Of a DNA stretch of 64,000 bases, positions 26,979 through 37,390 are shown in pieces. The stretch is from an uncultured Solirubrobacterales bacterium. Lineage in GTDB: Bacteria > Actinomycetota > Thermoleophilia > Solirubrobacterales > Solirubrobacteraceae. Position 1 is the first letter of the stretch. The number at the start of each line of letters is the position of its first letter. Position numbers and translations under genes: made by a program. The stretch covers positions 307,804 to 371,803 of the forward strand of contig CAWBDC010000003.1 of NCBI GenBank assembly GCA_963787605.1, given 5' to 3'. Under the pieces are notes generated by a model. The model saw nothing but the letters and a program-made list of their open reading frames with translations. It did not search any database and had not been told where the DNA came from.

Positions 26979-28432
26979 GCGCTGTGAGCCTCCCCGCGCG
27001 CCACGAGCAGCTCGCGCAGCGACAGCATCGCGGTGTACGTCGGCAGCGCATACAACGGTGCGTCGGTGCCGGGATTGTCCGCGGCCGCTTCGCGCAGGGC
27101 GGAGGAGAGCTCCGGCTGCACGTGGATGCGATCGGGGTCGATACCCGCATACTTCAGCCGCACCGCCAGCTCGGGGGCGCGCGTCCCGCTGCACGTGACC
27201 CGCCGGACGCGCCCGGTGAGCAGCTCGAAGTCGGCGTCCCAGATCCAGGAGACGTCGCGCCCGTCGGCGACGTTGTCGTTGAGCACGCCGAGCAGGTCGT
27301 GTTCTCCGGGCTCGAGCGCGAGCGTGCGCAGCACCTCGTTTGCGCCCGCGGGATTCTTGATGAGCATGATCTGAAGCTTTCTGCCCACCGTCGTCGAGGC
27401 CTCGATCCCTAACGCATCGGTCGCGCCAAGGTGGCCGGAAGAGCGGGCGGGGGCCGTGGGCAGTAGCCGTACGATCTCGGCGCGGCCGAACGCGGCCTTC
27501 GTGTTCTGCAGCCCGACGATGACATGCTCGAACGGCACGTCCAACGCGGTGGCGAGCGCGGCGGCGGCGAGCGCGTTGTAGACGTTGTAGAGACCCGGCA
27601 GCGTCAGCGAGATCTCAGCCTCTCCGGCCGGTGTGCGCAGGGTGAAGCGCGCGCTCCGAACGCCTTCGAGTGTCACGCGCGTCGCCGTGACCGTCGGCAC
27701 AGGCCGGCTGCGGCCGCAGCTCTCGCAGCGATAGTGGCCGAGGTGGCCGAGGTAGACCGCGTCGAACGTGTACGGCGCGCCACAGTTGCGGCAGTGCTTG
27801 GCGTCGGCGGCGTGCGCCATGCCCGGGAGCGCGAGCGAGTCGTCCTCGACGCCGAAGTAGAGAGCATCGGTCCGCTCGCGGCCGAGGTCGGCGATCATCG
27901 GATCGTCCGCGTTCAGGACGAGGCGCGAAGCGCCCGCGGGACCGGCGCGCAGCGCCTGCGCCCAGCGGTCGGCGATCGTGTCGAGCTCGCCGTAGCGGTC
28001 GAGTTGGTCGCGGAAGAGATTGCCGAGCAGGATCGCGCGCGGGCCGAGCTGCGCTGCGACCGAGGCGAGCCAGAACTCGTCGACCTCGAACAGCCCGAGC
28101 TCGCCTGCGATGCGTCCGCGGGGACGGGCGGCCGCGAGCAGCGTGGTGGCGATTCCGCCCGCCATGTTCGCGCCCGCCTGGTTGTGCACCAGCGGGATAC
28201 CGGCCTGCTCAAGGATGCCGGCGGCGAGGATGGCGGTGGTGGTCTTGCCGTTGGTGGCCGACACGAGCACGCTGCCGCGCGGCAGGCGAGCGCCGAGAGC
28301 GCCGAGGGCGTGCGGGTCGAGGCGTAGGAGCACCTTGCCGGGAGCGCTCGTCGCGCCGCCCCCGCGCAGGCGGGAGAGCGCGCCGACGGCGCGCGCCAGA
28401 GTGAGCTTGGGCGCGAGCGCTGAGCCCGCCAT
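26969..28432 (-). CDS. murT: MurT Mur-ligase with DUF1727 domain
   Basis: SATNGKTTT, GANMAGG, FEVDE, NLFRDQLDRYGE, zinc finger CxxC/CxxC, KNPAG, DGRDVSWIWD. Confidence 0.93.
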   Translation of the reverse strand: MAGSALAPKLTLARAVGALSRLRGGGATSAPGKVLLRLDPHALGALGARLPRGSVLVSATNGKTTTAILAAGILEQAGIPLVHNQAGANMAGGIATTLLAAARPRGRIAGELGLFEVDEFWLASVAAQLGPRAILLGNLFRDQLDRYGELDTIADRWAQALRAGPAGASRLVLNADDPMIADLGRERTDALYFGVEDDSLALPGMAHAADAKHCRNCGAPYTFDAVYLGHLGHYRCESCGRSRPVPTVTATRVTLEGVRSARFTLRTPAGEAEISLTLPGLYNVYNALAAAALATALDVPFEHVIVGLQNTKAAFGRAEIVRLLPTAPARSSGHLGATDALGIEASTTVGRKLQIMLIKNPAGANEVLRTLALEPGEHDLLGVLNDNVADGRDVSWIWDADFELLTGRVRRVTCSGTRAPELAVRLKYAGIDPDRIHVQPELSSALREAAADNPGTDAPLYALPTYTAMLSLRELLVARGEAHSAWS

Positions 28433-29463
28433 CAACGGTCTGTGAGACTCTCGCCGGGTACCGGGCGCGCCTGCCGAGCCGTTCCGATCACGCTCTCCAC
28501 GGGGGACGAAAGCCCGTCTGCGGAAAAGGGGGAGTCCTGCACGCCGGCGCGAGGCACCAGCATCGTCACGGCGCCCTGCAGCGCCCTGACGCGGACCGGC
28601 AGCTCACCGATCGGATCGCCGTCGGCGTACATCGTGAACGGCCGCTCGGCGCCGACGAGCACTTCGCGGGCACGAAACACGCGCACGCTGGGCTCGTCGA
28701 CGTGTGTGCCGCTGAACACCTTCGGCAGGATCTTGGTCAGGAACGCGAGCTTGCCGACGTCTTCCAGCACCATCACCTCGAGCAGGCCGTCGTCGAGCAT
28801 CGCGCCGGGCGCCGCGCGCATACCGCCGCCGTAGGTCTTCGAGTTGGCGGCCCCGACCGTGTAGGCCACAAAGCTCAGGCGCTCACCCGGCGGGTCGAGC
28901 TCGATCTCGAAGCGCGCGGACCGCCACGCGAGCAGCGCTCTGAGCGCGCCGTAGGCGTACACGAGGCCGCCGAGCCATGACGGCGCCTCGTTGGCGATGC
29001 GGTTGGCTTCGCTGTCGAAGCCGACCGAGGCGATGCCCACGAACGCGTGGCCCGTGTCGCCGGAGTCCTGTCCGTGCACGATCCCCAGGTCGACCGGACG
29101 GGTGTACCCGTCGGCGACGATCGCGGCCGCCCCGTCGGCGTCGTCCGGAATGCCCAGCACGCGCGCGAGATCGTTGCCGCGGCCGCCCGGGATCGCTCCC
29201 AGTACGGCTCCCGGGAGATCTCGAAGCACGTCGGCGAGCACACCGATCAGCCCGTCGCCGCTGAGCGCCACGACCGTCTCGCCACGATTCGCGGCCTCGA
29301 GGGCCAGCGCGCGGGCGTGGTCGAGGTCGCGCGTGTCGGCGCGGCGCACTTCCAACCCGCGCTTGCGCAAAGCGCTCTCCACCGAGGGGGCGATCCGTCC
29401 GGCCCGGCCGCCGCCGGCGGCGGGATTCACGATCAGGCAGATGGAGCGCTTGACGGTGGGCAT
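28432..29463 (-). CDS. Diacylglycerol/lipid kinase family protein
   Basis: IVNPAAGGG, SGDGLI, IPGGRGNDLAR, YGGG, ADGD; TACGCT -10 six nt before ATG 29463. Confidence 0.9.
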   Translation of the reverse strand: MPTVKRSICLIVNPAAGGGRAGRIAPSVESALRKRGLEVRRADTRDLDHARALALEAANRGETVVALSGDGLIGVLADVLRDLPGAVLGAIPGGRGNDLARVLGIPDDADGAAAIVADGYTRPVDLGIVHGQDSGDTGHAFVGIASVGFDSEANRIANEAPSWLGGLVYAYGALRALLAWRSARFEIELDPPGERLSFVAYTVGAANSKTYGGGMRAAPGAMLDDGLLEVMVLEDVGKLAFLTKILPKVFSGTHVDEPSVRVFRAREVLVGAERPFTMYADGDPIGELPVRVRALQGAVTMLVPRAGVQDSPFSADGLSSPVESVIGTARQARPVPGESLTDR

Positions 29464-29558
29464 CGGGCAAGCGTATTGGCCTGCCGGCAACGTCGCCGCT
29501 TCCCGCACGAGCACCCCGGTGTCACTGGCAGCCTCACCGGCCCGGCCGGAAATCGGCG

Positions 29559-29840
29559 CTACCGTGTCCACCGTTGCTCGCGCATGAACGCGATCACATC
29601 GTCGGGCCGGTCGGTGACCACGTAGGCGTCGACGATCGCGCCGGAGGTGTTGATCGTGATCGACAGCCCCGAGTCGACCCGTCTCACCTTCGAGATCGGA
29701 GCGATCGGACGCCCCGAGCCCATGCGTGGCGTGACGCGCCCGGTGGCCAGACGGTGCACCGCCTCATGCTTCGCCAGGCGGTCGAGCATCCGCCGGTAGT
29801 CCTTGCTCGAGGAATGCTTGTGATGGGTCTGTTTCGCCAT
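29559..29840 (-). CDS. Small basic hypothetical protein, possibly DUF2103-like
   Basis: RBS-like GGAG absent but clean ORF; HKHSSS...LDRLAKH..V..L..G.V pattern resembles DUF2103 as I recall it. Confidence 0.55.
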   Translation of the reverse strand: MAKQTHHKHSSSKDYRRMLDRLAKHEAVHRLATGRVTPRMGSGRPIAPISKVRRVDSGLSITINTSGAIVDAYVVTDRPDDVIAFMREQRWTR

Positions 29841-29895
29841 TGGAGACATCTTGGCGCAACTGACCGCGAAAACACTTAGGGCGTGTGTTCGGCCT

Positions 29896-30501
29896 TCATT
29901 GAGATTCAGCCGCTGCCTTGGCGCGGTCTCGTCGCCGTCGCCCGATCGCCGCGACGATCGCCAGGGCGGCGATCACGACGAACAAGCCGAGCAGGATCCC
30001 CGGCGCCAGGCCGAGACCGCCGAACGGCAGCGAGACGAGCTCGACGACGCCGAGGCCGAGGGCGAGCAACACGATGATCAAGACGATGATCAGCAGGATG
30101 CCGCGCACGCGCGCGAGCACGCCGGCGGAGGCGGGGGGGACGAGCAGGCCCATCGCGCGCAGCGCAAACATCTGACGGCCGCTCGGAGGTGTCTGGCCCA
30201 GCCGCTCGACTGCGTCCTTCAGATCGCCCGCGCGCCGTTCGGCGAGCGCGAGCGAGGCGTCCGCCATACGCCTGAGCTGCATCCGCTCCTGCGGGCGGGC
30301 CGCGGCGATCGCACGCTGGAAGTAGGCGCGCGCCTGCTCGGCGTCGAAGCGCTCAGACGCGCGCGCTCCGAGGATTGCAAGCGCGGCCGACTTGTATTTG
30401 GTCTCGTTCTCGAGCTCCTCGTCCGAGCGTTGCTCGAGCGCTTGGATGGCCTCGAGGCCGCCGCGCTGCTCGATCCGAATCTGGCGTTGTTTGGGGGCCA
30501 T
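29896..30501 (-). CDS. Hypothetical membrane protein (helical N-domain plus two TMs)
   Basis: TAGAAT -10 before ATG; two strong TM segments; basic C-tail. Confidence 0.75.
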   Translation of the reverse strand: MAPKQRQIRIEQRGGLEAIQALEQRSDEELENETKYKSAALAILGARASERFDAEQARAYFQRAIAAARPQERMQLRRMADASLALAERRAGDLKDAVERLGQTPPSGRQMFALRAMGLLVPPASAGVLARVRGILLIIVLIIVLLALGLGVVELVSLPFGGLGLAPGILLGLFVVIAALAIVAAIGRRRRDRAKAAAESQ

Positions 30502-30588
30502 CGGCGGCCATTCTACGGTTTGCGGGTGGGCTGCGCACGAGCGCGCGGTGGGCTGTCGCGCGTTCGTGCACCAATGTAGGCAGGCGCT

Positions 30589-31038
30589 ATGCTCGCGTGC
30601 GTGTCGAGCAGCCGTCGTATCGCACCGCCGCGCCGCAGCCTCACGGCATGTCTGTGTGTCATTGGAGCGCTGACGCTCTGCCTGGCGGCCACCCCGCCGG
30701 CGATGTCGGCGACCGCGGTCGGGGGCGGCAACGCGTTCAGCGAACTGACGCAAGGTGGGCAGGAAACGACGCCGACGACGACCGCCACCACCGCAACGAC
30801 GGAAACGAGCACAACCTCAAGCTCGAACTCGAGCAAAGTGATCCTGCTCGCGCTGGTCGCGGCGGTGGCGCTGCTGGTCGGGATCGCGTTTGTGATCGTG
30901 CGCGACGCACGCAGAGTGGCTCCGGTCGAGGATGGCGCGCTGACCGGCGGTTCAGCGCGCGACACCGCGGCGCAGATGCGCAAGCGACGCGCGAAAGCCA
31001 AGGCGGCAAGGCGTCAGCGCAAACGCACCCGCCGCTAG
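30589..31038 (+). CDS. Hypothetical secreted/membrane-anchored protein
   Basis: Signal-like segment, Thr-rich linker, C-terminal TM and basic tail MRKRRAKAKAARRQRKR. Confidence 0.7.
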   Translation: MLACVSSSRRIAPPRRSLTACLCVIGALTLCLAATPPAMSATAVGGGNAFSELTQGGQETTPTTTATTATTETSTTSSSNSSKVILLALVAAVALLVGIAFVIVRDARRVAPVEDGALTGGSARDTAAQMRKRRAKAKAARRQRKRTRR

Positions 31039-31134
31039 CGCGTCGCTGGACTGCGCGAGGCTTTGTCCTCAGTCGCTCGCCTGCACAAGCAGGCCACGCT
31101 CCTTGCGTCCGCGCCTCGCTTGCCCAGCGACGCG

Positions 31135-31452
31135 CTAGACGCTGGTGATGCGGCGCGGGCGGGCGTCTCCGGTACGGATCCGGGGCGGAGACAGAGGGGA
31201 GGGGGCGCCGTGGGGATCGCGGCGCGCGCCGCCGCCGGAAACATGGGGCGGGCGCGGGAACGGTCTGTGCGGGTGCTGCGGGCCACCGGGAAACGTGTGG
31301 CTGCCCCCATCGTCGTCGGACTCGGACGCGTCAGACGGTGCGTCGTTGGTCACGCGCATCGCCTCGTCGTTGCGGAAGGGAATCCATAGCATCACCCCGG
31401 CGAGCGGTAGTTTAATCAGCCCAAACAGCACGATCAGGAGCCATAGCGACAT
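31135..31452 (-). CDS. Small hypothetical membrane protein
   Basis: RBS GAGGAG; N-terminal TM MSLWLLIVLFGLIKLPL; DDDGG and Pro/Arg-rich tail. Confidence 0.65.
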   Translation of the reverse strand: MSLWLLIVLFGLIKLPLAGVMLWIPFRNDEAMRVTNDAPSDASESDDDGGSHTFPGGPQHPHRPFPRPPHVSGGGARRDPHGAPSPLSPPRIRTGDARPRRITSV

Positions 31453-31508
31453 CTCCTCGCGATGCTACTACTGCGCTGTGAAATCTCATAGGACTAGCGA
31501 GCCGGGAG

Positions 31509-32312
31509 ATGACTAGCGAGCTGGGGAAGCTGGGTGAGGAGATCGCCGGCTGCCGGCGCTGCCCGAGACTGGTCGCATGGCGCGAGCAGGTAGCACAGGA
31601 GCGCCGGGCGGCGTTCGCCGATCAGGAGTACTGGGGCCGTCCACTGCCGGGATTTGGCGACCCTGTCGCGCGCATGCTCGTGCTGGGGCTTGCGCCGGCG
31701 GCTCACGGCGCGAACCGCACCGGGCGCATGTTCACGGGGGACCGCTCCGGCGACTTCCTGTTCGCTGCGCTCTGGCGCACCGGTTTCGCCAACCAGCCGA
31801 CCTCGATCGAGCGCGACGACGGATTGGAGCTCCGCGACGCGTGGATCTCAGCCGCGGTCCGCTGCGCGCCGCCGGCCAACCGCCCCACGCCGGTCGAGCG
31901 CGACACCTGTCTGCCTTGGAGTGCGCGCGAGCTGGAGCTGCTGGAGGAGGTCATGGTAGTGATGTGTCTCGGCGCCTTCGCATGGGACGCGGCGCTGCGC
32001 CTGACCTCTGCGCCGGCCACCCAGGGAGCGCCTGCGCCAAAGCTGCGTCCGCGGCCGCGATTCGCTCACGGCGCGGAGCTGGCGGGTGAGCGCTACACGC
32101 TGCTTGGCTGCTACCACCCGAGCCAGCAGAACACGTTCACCGGCAGGCTGACCGAGGCGATGATCGACTCGGTGCTGCTGCGTGCGCGCGTGTTGACCGA
32201 AATCGACCGCAAGCGCGGATCGGCCGCTCGCCCGAGTCGATCGGTCAGAGCACAAGACGCTAGCCTGGAGTCTGAGCAACCCGTCAAACCCCGCACGAGG
32301 AGGCCGGTATGA
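31509..32312 (+). CDS. udgB: Family 5 uracil-DNA glycosylase
   Basis: CRRCPRL, GLAPAAHGANRTGR, FTGDRSG, VRCAPPAN, CYHPSQQN. Confidence 0.93.
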   Translation: MTSELGKLGEEIAGCRRCPRLVAWREQVAQERRAAFADQEYWGRPLPGFGDPVARMLVLGLAPAAHGANRTGRMFTGDRSGDFLFAALWRTGFANQPTSIERDDGLELRDAWISAAVRCAPPANRPTPVERDTCLPWSARELELLEEVMVVMCLGAFAWDAALRLTSAPATQGAPAPKLRPRPRFAHGAELAGERYTLLGCYHPSQQNTFTGRLTEAMIDSVLLRARVLTEIDRKRGSAARPSRSVRAQDASLESEQPVKPRTRRPV

Positions 32313-32875
32313 GGATCGCCGTCGCAGCCACCGTAGTCGTCGCAGCGAGCCTGATCCTCGTCGGCGTGCTGGGCGTGGCGAGTGCGGAAACGACTACAGC
32401 GACTACGACCACGCCGGCGACAGCCACGACCACCGGTCCGCCGCTGCGTACGGTGAGCGTGCAGGGCGTGGCGATCGAGCCGATCGAACAGAGCGCGAGT
32501 GCGACTACGGCGACGGGGGTCTATCGCCAGGCGATGGCGAGCGCCGTGAGCGACGGCCAGGTCAAGGCTCAGTTCCTGGCGAGTCAAGCCGGCGCCACGC
32601 TCGGACAGGTGCAGAGCGTGGCCGAAGGCGGCGGCTACATTCAGTGCGCAGGGAGCGAAGAAGGGTATCTCGGAGAACAGCCCGACTTTGGCTCGGCGGG
32701 TAACTACGCAACGCCCGAGGTCGCTCCGCGAGCGGTCGCCAAGGCGCCCGTCGCGTCCCGGCCGGCGGTGAAGTCCCGCAAGCCCAAGCGCAAGAAGAAG
32801 AGTGTCGCCAAGAAGGCAAGCGCAGCAACGTGCACGCTCTCCACGCAGGTCTCGCTCATATACGCGCTGAGCTAA
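32309..32875 (+). CDS. Secreted SIMPL (DUF541)-like protein
   Basis: Signal peptide, RTVSVQG, A..KAQFLA...G.TLGQVQSV. Confidence 0.65.
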   Translation: MRIAVAATVVVAASLILVGVLGVASAETTTATTTTPATATTTGPPLRTVSVQGVAIEPIEQSASATTATGVYRQAMASAVSDGQVKAQFLASQAGATLGQVQSVAEGGGYIQCAGSEEGYLGEQPDFGSAGNYATPEVAPRAVAKAPVASRPAVKSRKPKRKKKSVAKKASAATCTLSTQVSLIYALS

Positions 32876-32990
32876 GCGCCCCGACTGTAGGCGCCCGTCC
32901 CTTAGGCAGACGTTGCGTCTACAGGTACGGGCTCGGATTCGTCAGCTTCCTCCTGCACGCCTGCCCGCAGACCGATGAAGCCCGCGACGT

Positions 32991-33383
32991 TCACGAGGCC
33001 GCCGCCGCGGTCGCCAGTTCGTGGAGCAGTGTCGCCATCTGTGCCAGGGTCGGGGCGTGCGTGGCCACGTCGTATGCGCCGCTCAGCTCGCGCGGATCGC
33101 CGTGACCGAGCAACACGTCATCTTCTTCTCGCCACACGAGCATCCGCATCGGCAGCTCGATCCCGATGCGTCGATCACTTTGCATCAGAGGGGTGCCAGT
33201 GCGTGGGTTGCCAAACAGCACGACCTGCTCGTCGGCAAGCTCCAGATCGACCGCGCGAGCCGCGGCGGCGTGATCGATTCGCGCAAACACGGTCAACCCA
33301 CGCCGCTCGATCGCTACGACGAGCGAATCGACGGTCTCGGCGTAGCCCTTCGTGCTCCGCTTGACGACCATGACCCGAGACAT
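32991..33383 (-). CDS. DUF302 domain protein
   Basis: GLTVFARIDH, FGNPRTGTPLMQ, GIELPMRMLVW. Confidence 0.9.
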   Translation of the reverse strand: MSRVMVVKRSTKGYAETVDSLVVAIERRGLTVFARIDHAAAARAVDLELADEQVVLFGNPRTGTPLMQSDRRIGIELPMRMLVWREEDDVLLGHGDPRELSGAYDVATHAPTLAQMATLLHELATAAAAS

Positions 33384-33409
33384 TCTGGCCTACCGGCACG
33401 GCATGCGAC

Positions 33410-33476
33410 GTCTCACCGGCGTGAGACAGTTCAGTCTCATCCAAGTGAGACGATTGGCGTCTCAGTGATATGAGAC
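33410..33476. repeat. Array A: three phased GTCTCA-N6-TGAGAC palindromes
   Basis: Units at 33410-27, 33434-51 and 33459-76. Confidence 0.9.
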
Positions 33477-33576
33477 TGGACGCAGTGACTACGCAGTGTC
33501 TAAAGACGGCGCGAACTGGGACCTGAACTTGCGCCGCCGGCTGAGTATCAGTCCAGCTCCAACGGCCGGCCTGACG

Positions 33577-33949
33577 TCACGCAGATGCGCCGGCTCCGGA
33601 GGTGATGTGCTCGATCACGGGCCGGAACTCCTCGGTCGGTGAGAAGTCGACGTATTCGGAGTCCTCGAGCGCTTCGGGGGCGTGGCCGGGGGGCCCAGTA
33701 GAACGCTTCGCCAGCGGCGAAGTCCTGGTGCCCGTCCAGAGTGTGCATACGCACCCGGCCTTTGATCATGTAGCCCCAGTGCGGGCATGGGCAAAGGTCG
33801 TTCGGTAGGCCTTTGGTGGCGGGGCGCAGGTCGGCACCGGCCGGCAGCCGCACGAACCCGACGGACAGACCGGCCTCATCGCGCGGGCGGACCTCGACGC
33901 CGTTGTCGTCGATCACGACCGGGACGTCCTCACGTGAAATGGATCTCAT
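33577..33949 (-). CDS. Small cupin-domain protein (frameshift near 33690)
   Basis: RBS AAGGA; CPCPHWGYMIKG, AGEAFYWAPGH, EYVDFSP. Confidence 0.85.
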
Positions 33950-33965
33950 CTGTGTCCTTCTCCTG

Positions 33966-36167
33966 TTAGTTGAGCAGCGTGGCGATGTGACGGGCCGCCG
34001 TGGCGGCACCGTGGGTCTCCACGTCGCGGTACTCGACCTGGCTGCCGATCTCCTGCGCGATCGCAGCCGCGATCAGCTCCGGCGGCGAGTCGTCGTAGTC
34101 CATGCGCCGACCGGCGCCGTAGCGTTCGAGGCGGTGGCGGACATGGAAGTTCTGCTCGAAGTGGTGGCGCAGGGGGAAGTAGAGAAAGGGCCGCTTCTGC
34201 GCGGTCAGCTCCATCGAGGTCGTCAGGCCGCCCTGCACGACGGCCAGGTCGCAGGCGGCCAGGTGGCGGTAGAGGTTGTGGACGTAGGGGACCACCTCGA
34301 GGCCGACCTGGGAGGGGAGCGACTCGGGGTCGATGCGGGGCCCTGCGACGACGATCATGCGCAGCTCCGGGATGCGCTCCTTCGCCTGTGGGAACGCGGC
34401 GATCACCCGTCGCAGCAGGTCGGCGCCGACGCCTGAGCCGCCGACGGTGACGATGCACACCTGCTCGTCCTCGCCGTAGCCGAGCTCGGCGCGCAGCTTG
34501 CTGCGATCGCCGAGGTCCGCGGGATCGAAGCCGGTGACGTAGCCGGTGAAGGAGTAGTTGCGTTCGGTCCAGTCGCGGATCATCGGCAGTTCGGGCCCGA
34601 GGCGCTTGGGGACGATGTCCTCGGGGTTGCCGACGAACAGCGAGAGGTCGCGGACCTCGGGGTGCTCGGCGATGTGCTCGACCTTCTGGGCGTTGTGGTC
34701 GGCGGCCAGGAAGCGCTCGCGCGCGTCGCCGTCGTCCATCGGCAGGAAGCCGACGAAGTCCGACAGCCACGCGTACGGTGTGCGCTTCTCGCGCGGGTTC
34801 TCGTGCAGGTAGTAGTCGAGCTCCCACGCCTCGTCTCCGATCCACAGGTCGTAGCGATCCTCGCGCACAACGTCGTGGAAGAGCATGAAGTTGGCGGCGA
34901 GGATCTCGTCCATGCGGCGGATCGCGTGGAAGCAGTGCAGATCGTGCTCGGCGGACTCCGACTCGATGTGCCTCGACTCGTTGGCCAGATGCGGGCTGGC
35001 TGGATGGATGCGCTCGCCCTCTGCCTCCAGCATCCGCGTGACGGGGTCCTGTGCCAGCCAGTCGACCTGCAGATCGGGATGCAGACGGCGCAGCTCGCGG
35101 GCGATCGCCACGTCGCGCTGAGCGTGGCCGAGCCCGATCGGCGAGGAGACGAACAGCGCGCGAGGACGGCCATCGGGCCGATACACCGTCGGATCGCGCG
35201 GCGTGCGCTTGCGTCCGAAAGCATCCTCGGCAAAATCCCGCAGCGCCAGGTTGAACCGGACAGGCTTGCGCACATGCGGCAGATGGCCTGCCCCCGCGAC
35301 GGTGTTCAGCTCGCCTCCGCTTAGCCGCGCGAGCGCCCGGCCGTCGCGGGTCGCTGAGATCTTGTCGCGCTCGCCGTGGACGACCAGAACCGGGCAGGGC
35401 AGGCTTCGCGCGATCTTGCGCAGGTTGCGCCGGCCGCGCAGGAACTCGCCATGCGCCACTGTGGCCGTGAGCGTGTCGGGATCGCTGTCGAGCATCCATC
35501 CGACGCCGTCTTCGATCGGCTTGGGGGAGTGGTCCTCGGGCAGGCAACGCGCCATGAACCAGTCCGCGAAGCGGCGGTGGTCCTGGCGCCAATAGAGCGG
35601 GTTCATGTGCGCCCATGAGACGGGCGTGCGTAGATGAAGCTTGCGCGTGACCCTTTGCACCAGCGGATCGGATGAGGACCGTATTCTGAGAGAGGGTGTA
35701 GGGGAATAGCGGGCCAATGAACAACGCGCCGAGGACTCGCTCGGGGGCGATTCGTGCCAGCTCGAACTGGTACTGCGCGCCAGTGGAGAGACTCGCCATC
35801 ACAGCCCGCTCGGTACCTGTCTCATCCATCACGGCCAGGCAATCGCGAGCGGACTCCAGCGGTGCGTAGCGCTTCGGGTCCCGGCAGCGATCGGAGCGGC
35901 CGTTGCCGAGACCGTCCATGCTCAGCACCCGGAAGTGGCGTGCGAGGTAGGCGATCTGCATCTTCCAGTGACGGGAGTGAACGATCGACCAGGTCGGCAG
36001 CAGGAAGATCGTCTCCTCGCCCTCGCCGTAGAGCTCGTAGAAGACCCGTTGGCCGTCGCGCTCGACGAAGCCTTCGCGATCGGGGTAGCGGGCGCGGCTC
36101 TGCTCGCCGTCACGGCCGATCGTTCGCCCGGCGGGCGCCGGCGAGCGTCGCGGTATGCCGGGTTCAT
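33966..36167 (-). CDS. Alpha/beta hydrolase fused to glycosyltransferase (frameshifts near 36110 and 35710)
   Basis: LPTWSIVHS, DGLGNGRSD, SLSTG, HGERD, GHLPH, then SPIGLGHAQRD and AVVQGGLTTSMEL. Confidence 0.85.
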
Positions 36168-36186
36168 GCGTTGCCGAGACGCGCGC

Positions 36187-37256
36187 TCACGGCCGGGCTT
36201 CGAACACGAGGTTGAAGGGCGTCTCCGCCGCGCGGCGGAAGCGGGTGAACCCGCCCGCGGCGACGACGTCGCCGATCCTCGCCTCGCCTGCCTGCGCTCC
36301 GAGCGCGAGCCCGACCTCCTGCGACAGCGACGCCGGCGTGCAGAGGAACGTCGAGAAGCCGTAGATACGCGCGGCCGACCGGGTTGAGGTTGTCCTCGAC
36401 GCGGTCGCCGGCCATCGGCTCGACGATCAGCCAGGTCCCGTCCGGCGCGAGCATCCTGTGGACCTGGCGCGCGGCGCCGACCGGATCGCCCATGTCGTGC
36501 AGGCAGTCGAACATCGTCACCAGGTCATAGCCTCGCCCGTGTAGCGGAGGCGGCCGCCGTCTCGAAGCGCACGCGGTCGGCGACGCCTGCCTCCTCGCGC
36601 GCGCTGGCGGGCGGTCTCGATCGAGCCTTCGTGGTAGTCGGAGCCGACGAACGTCGAGTTCGGGAACGCCTGCGCCATCAGGATCGTCGAGGACCCGTGG
36701 CCACAGCCGATGTCGGCGACCTTGGCGCCGCGCTCGAGCTTCTCGACGACCCCGTCGAGCGCCGGCAGCCACGCCGGGATCAGGCTCGCGTTGTAGCCGG
36801 GACGGAAGAAGCGCTCGCAGCCGTCGAACACGTCGTGGTTGTGCTCGTGCCAGCCCACGCCCGTCGCCGCTGCGCGCCGGCCTCGGTGATCCGCGGCGAG
36901 TCGAGCACCGTGCCGAGCGCGATCTGGAAGAACCCCGGCAGGAAAGCGGGGCTGGACTCGTCGGTGAGGGCGACCGTCTGCTCGGGCGGAAGCGTGTAGG
37001 TGCCGCCGGTCGGGTCGTACTCCACATATCCGCCCGCGGCCTGCGCGTTCAGCCACTCGCGGACGTAGCGCTCGCTCACTGCGGTCCGCCGCGCGAGCTC
37101 GACCGGCGTCAGACCCCCGGCGTCCGCGAGGGCGCGGTAGAGCCCGAGCTTGTCGCCCATCACGACAAGCGCCGCGTTCAGGGTCGCGCCGACCTCCTCG
37201 ACGGCGCGGAATACGAACTGCTCGAGCTTCTGGCCGTCTACCTCGACGGTTGCCAT
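36187..37256 (-). CDS. Rv2258c-like wHTH plus SAM methyltransferase (frameshifted)
   Basis: GDKLGLYRAL, ERYVREWLNAQAAGGYV, VADIGCGHG, FDCLHDMGDP, TPFNLVFEARP. Confidence 0.92.
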
Positions 37257-37390
37257 GGCGGTCTCCTTGGGATCGATTGCCGCGACCGTAACCGCGCGCC
37301 ATTCGGGATCGCATCAGGGGGGGTCGCCTAGTCGTCTCGACGTGAATCCGGCGGCACTGGAGGTGCGAATCCGTCAGAATCGGCTGATAT

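Noticed and set aside
33410-33476. Palindrome arrays as mini-CRISPR
   Set aside because: The variable parts are only 4-7 nt, there are at most three units per array, and no cas genes are present.
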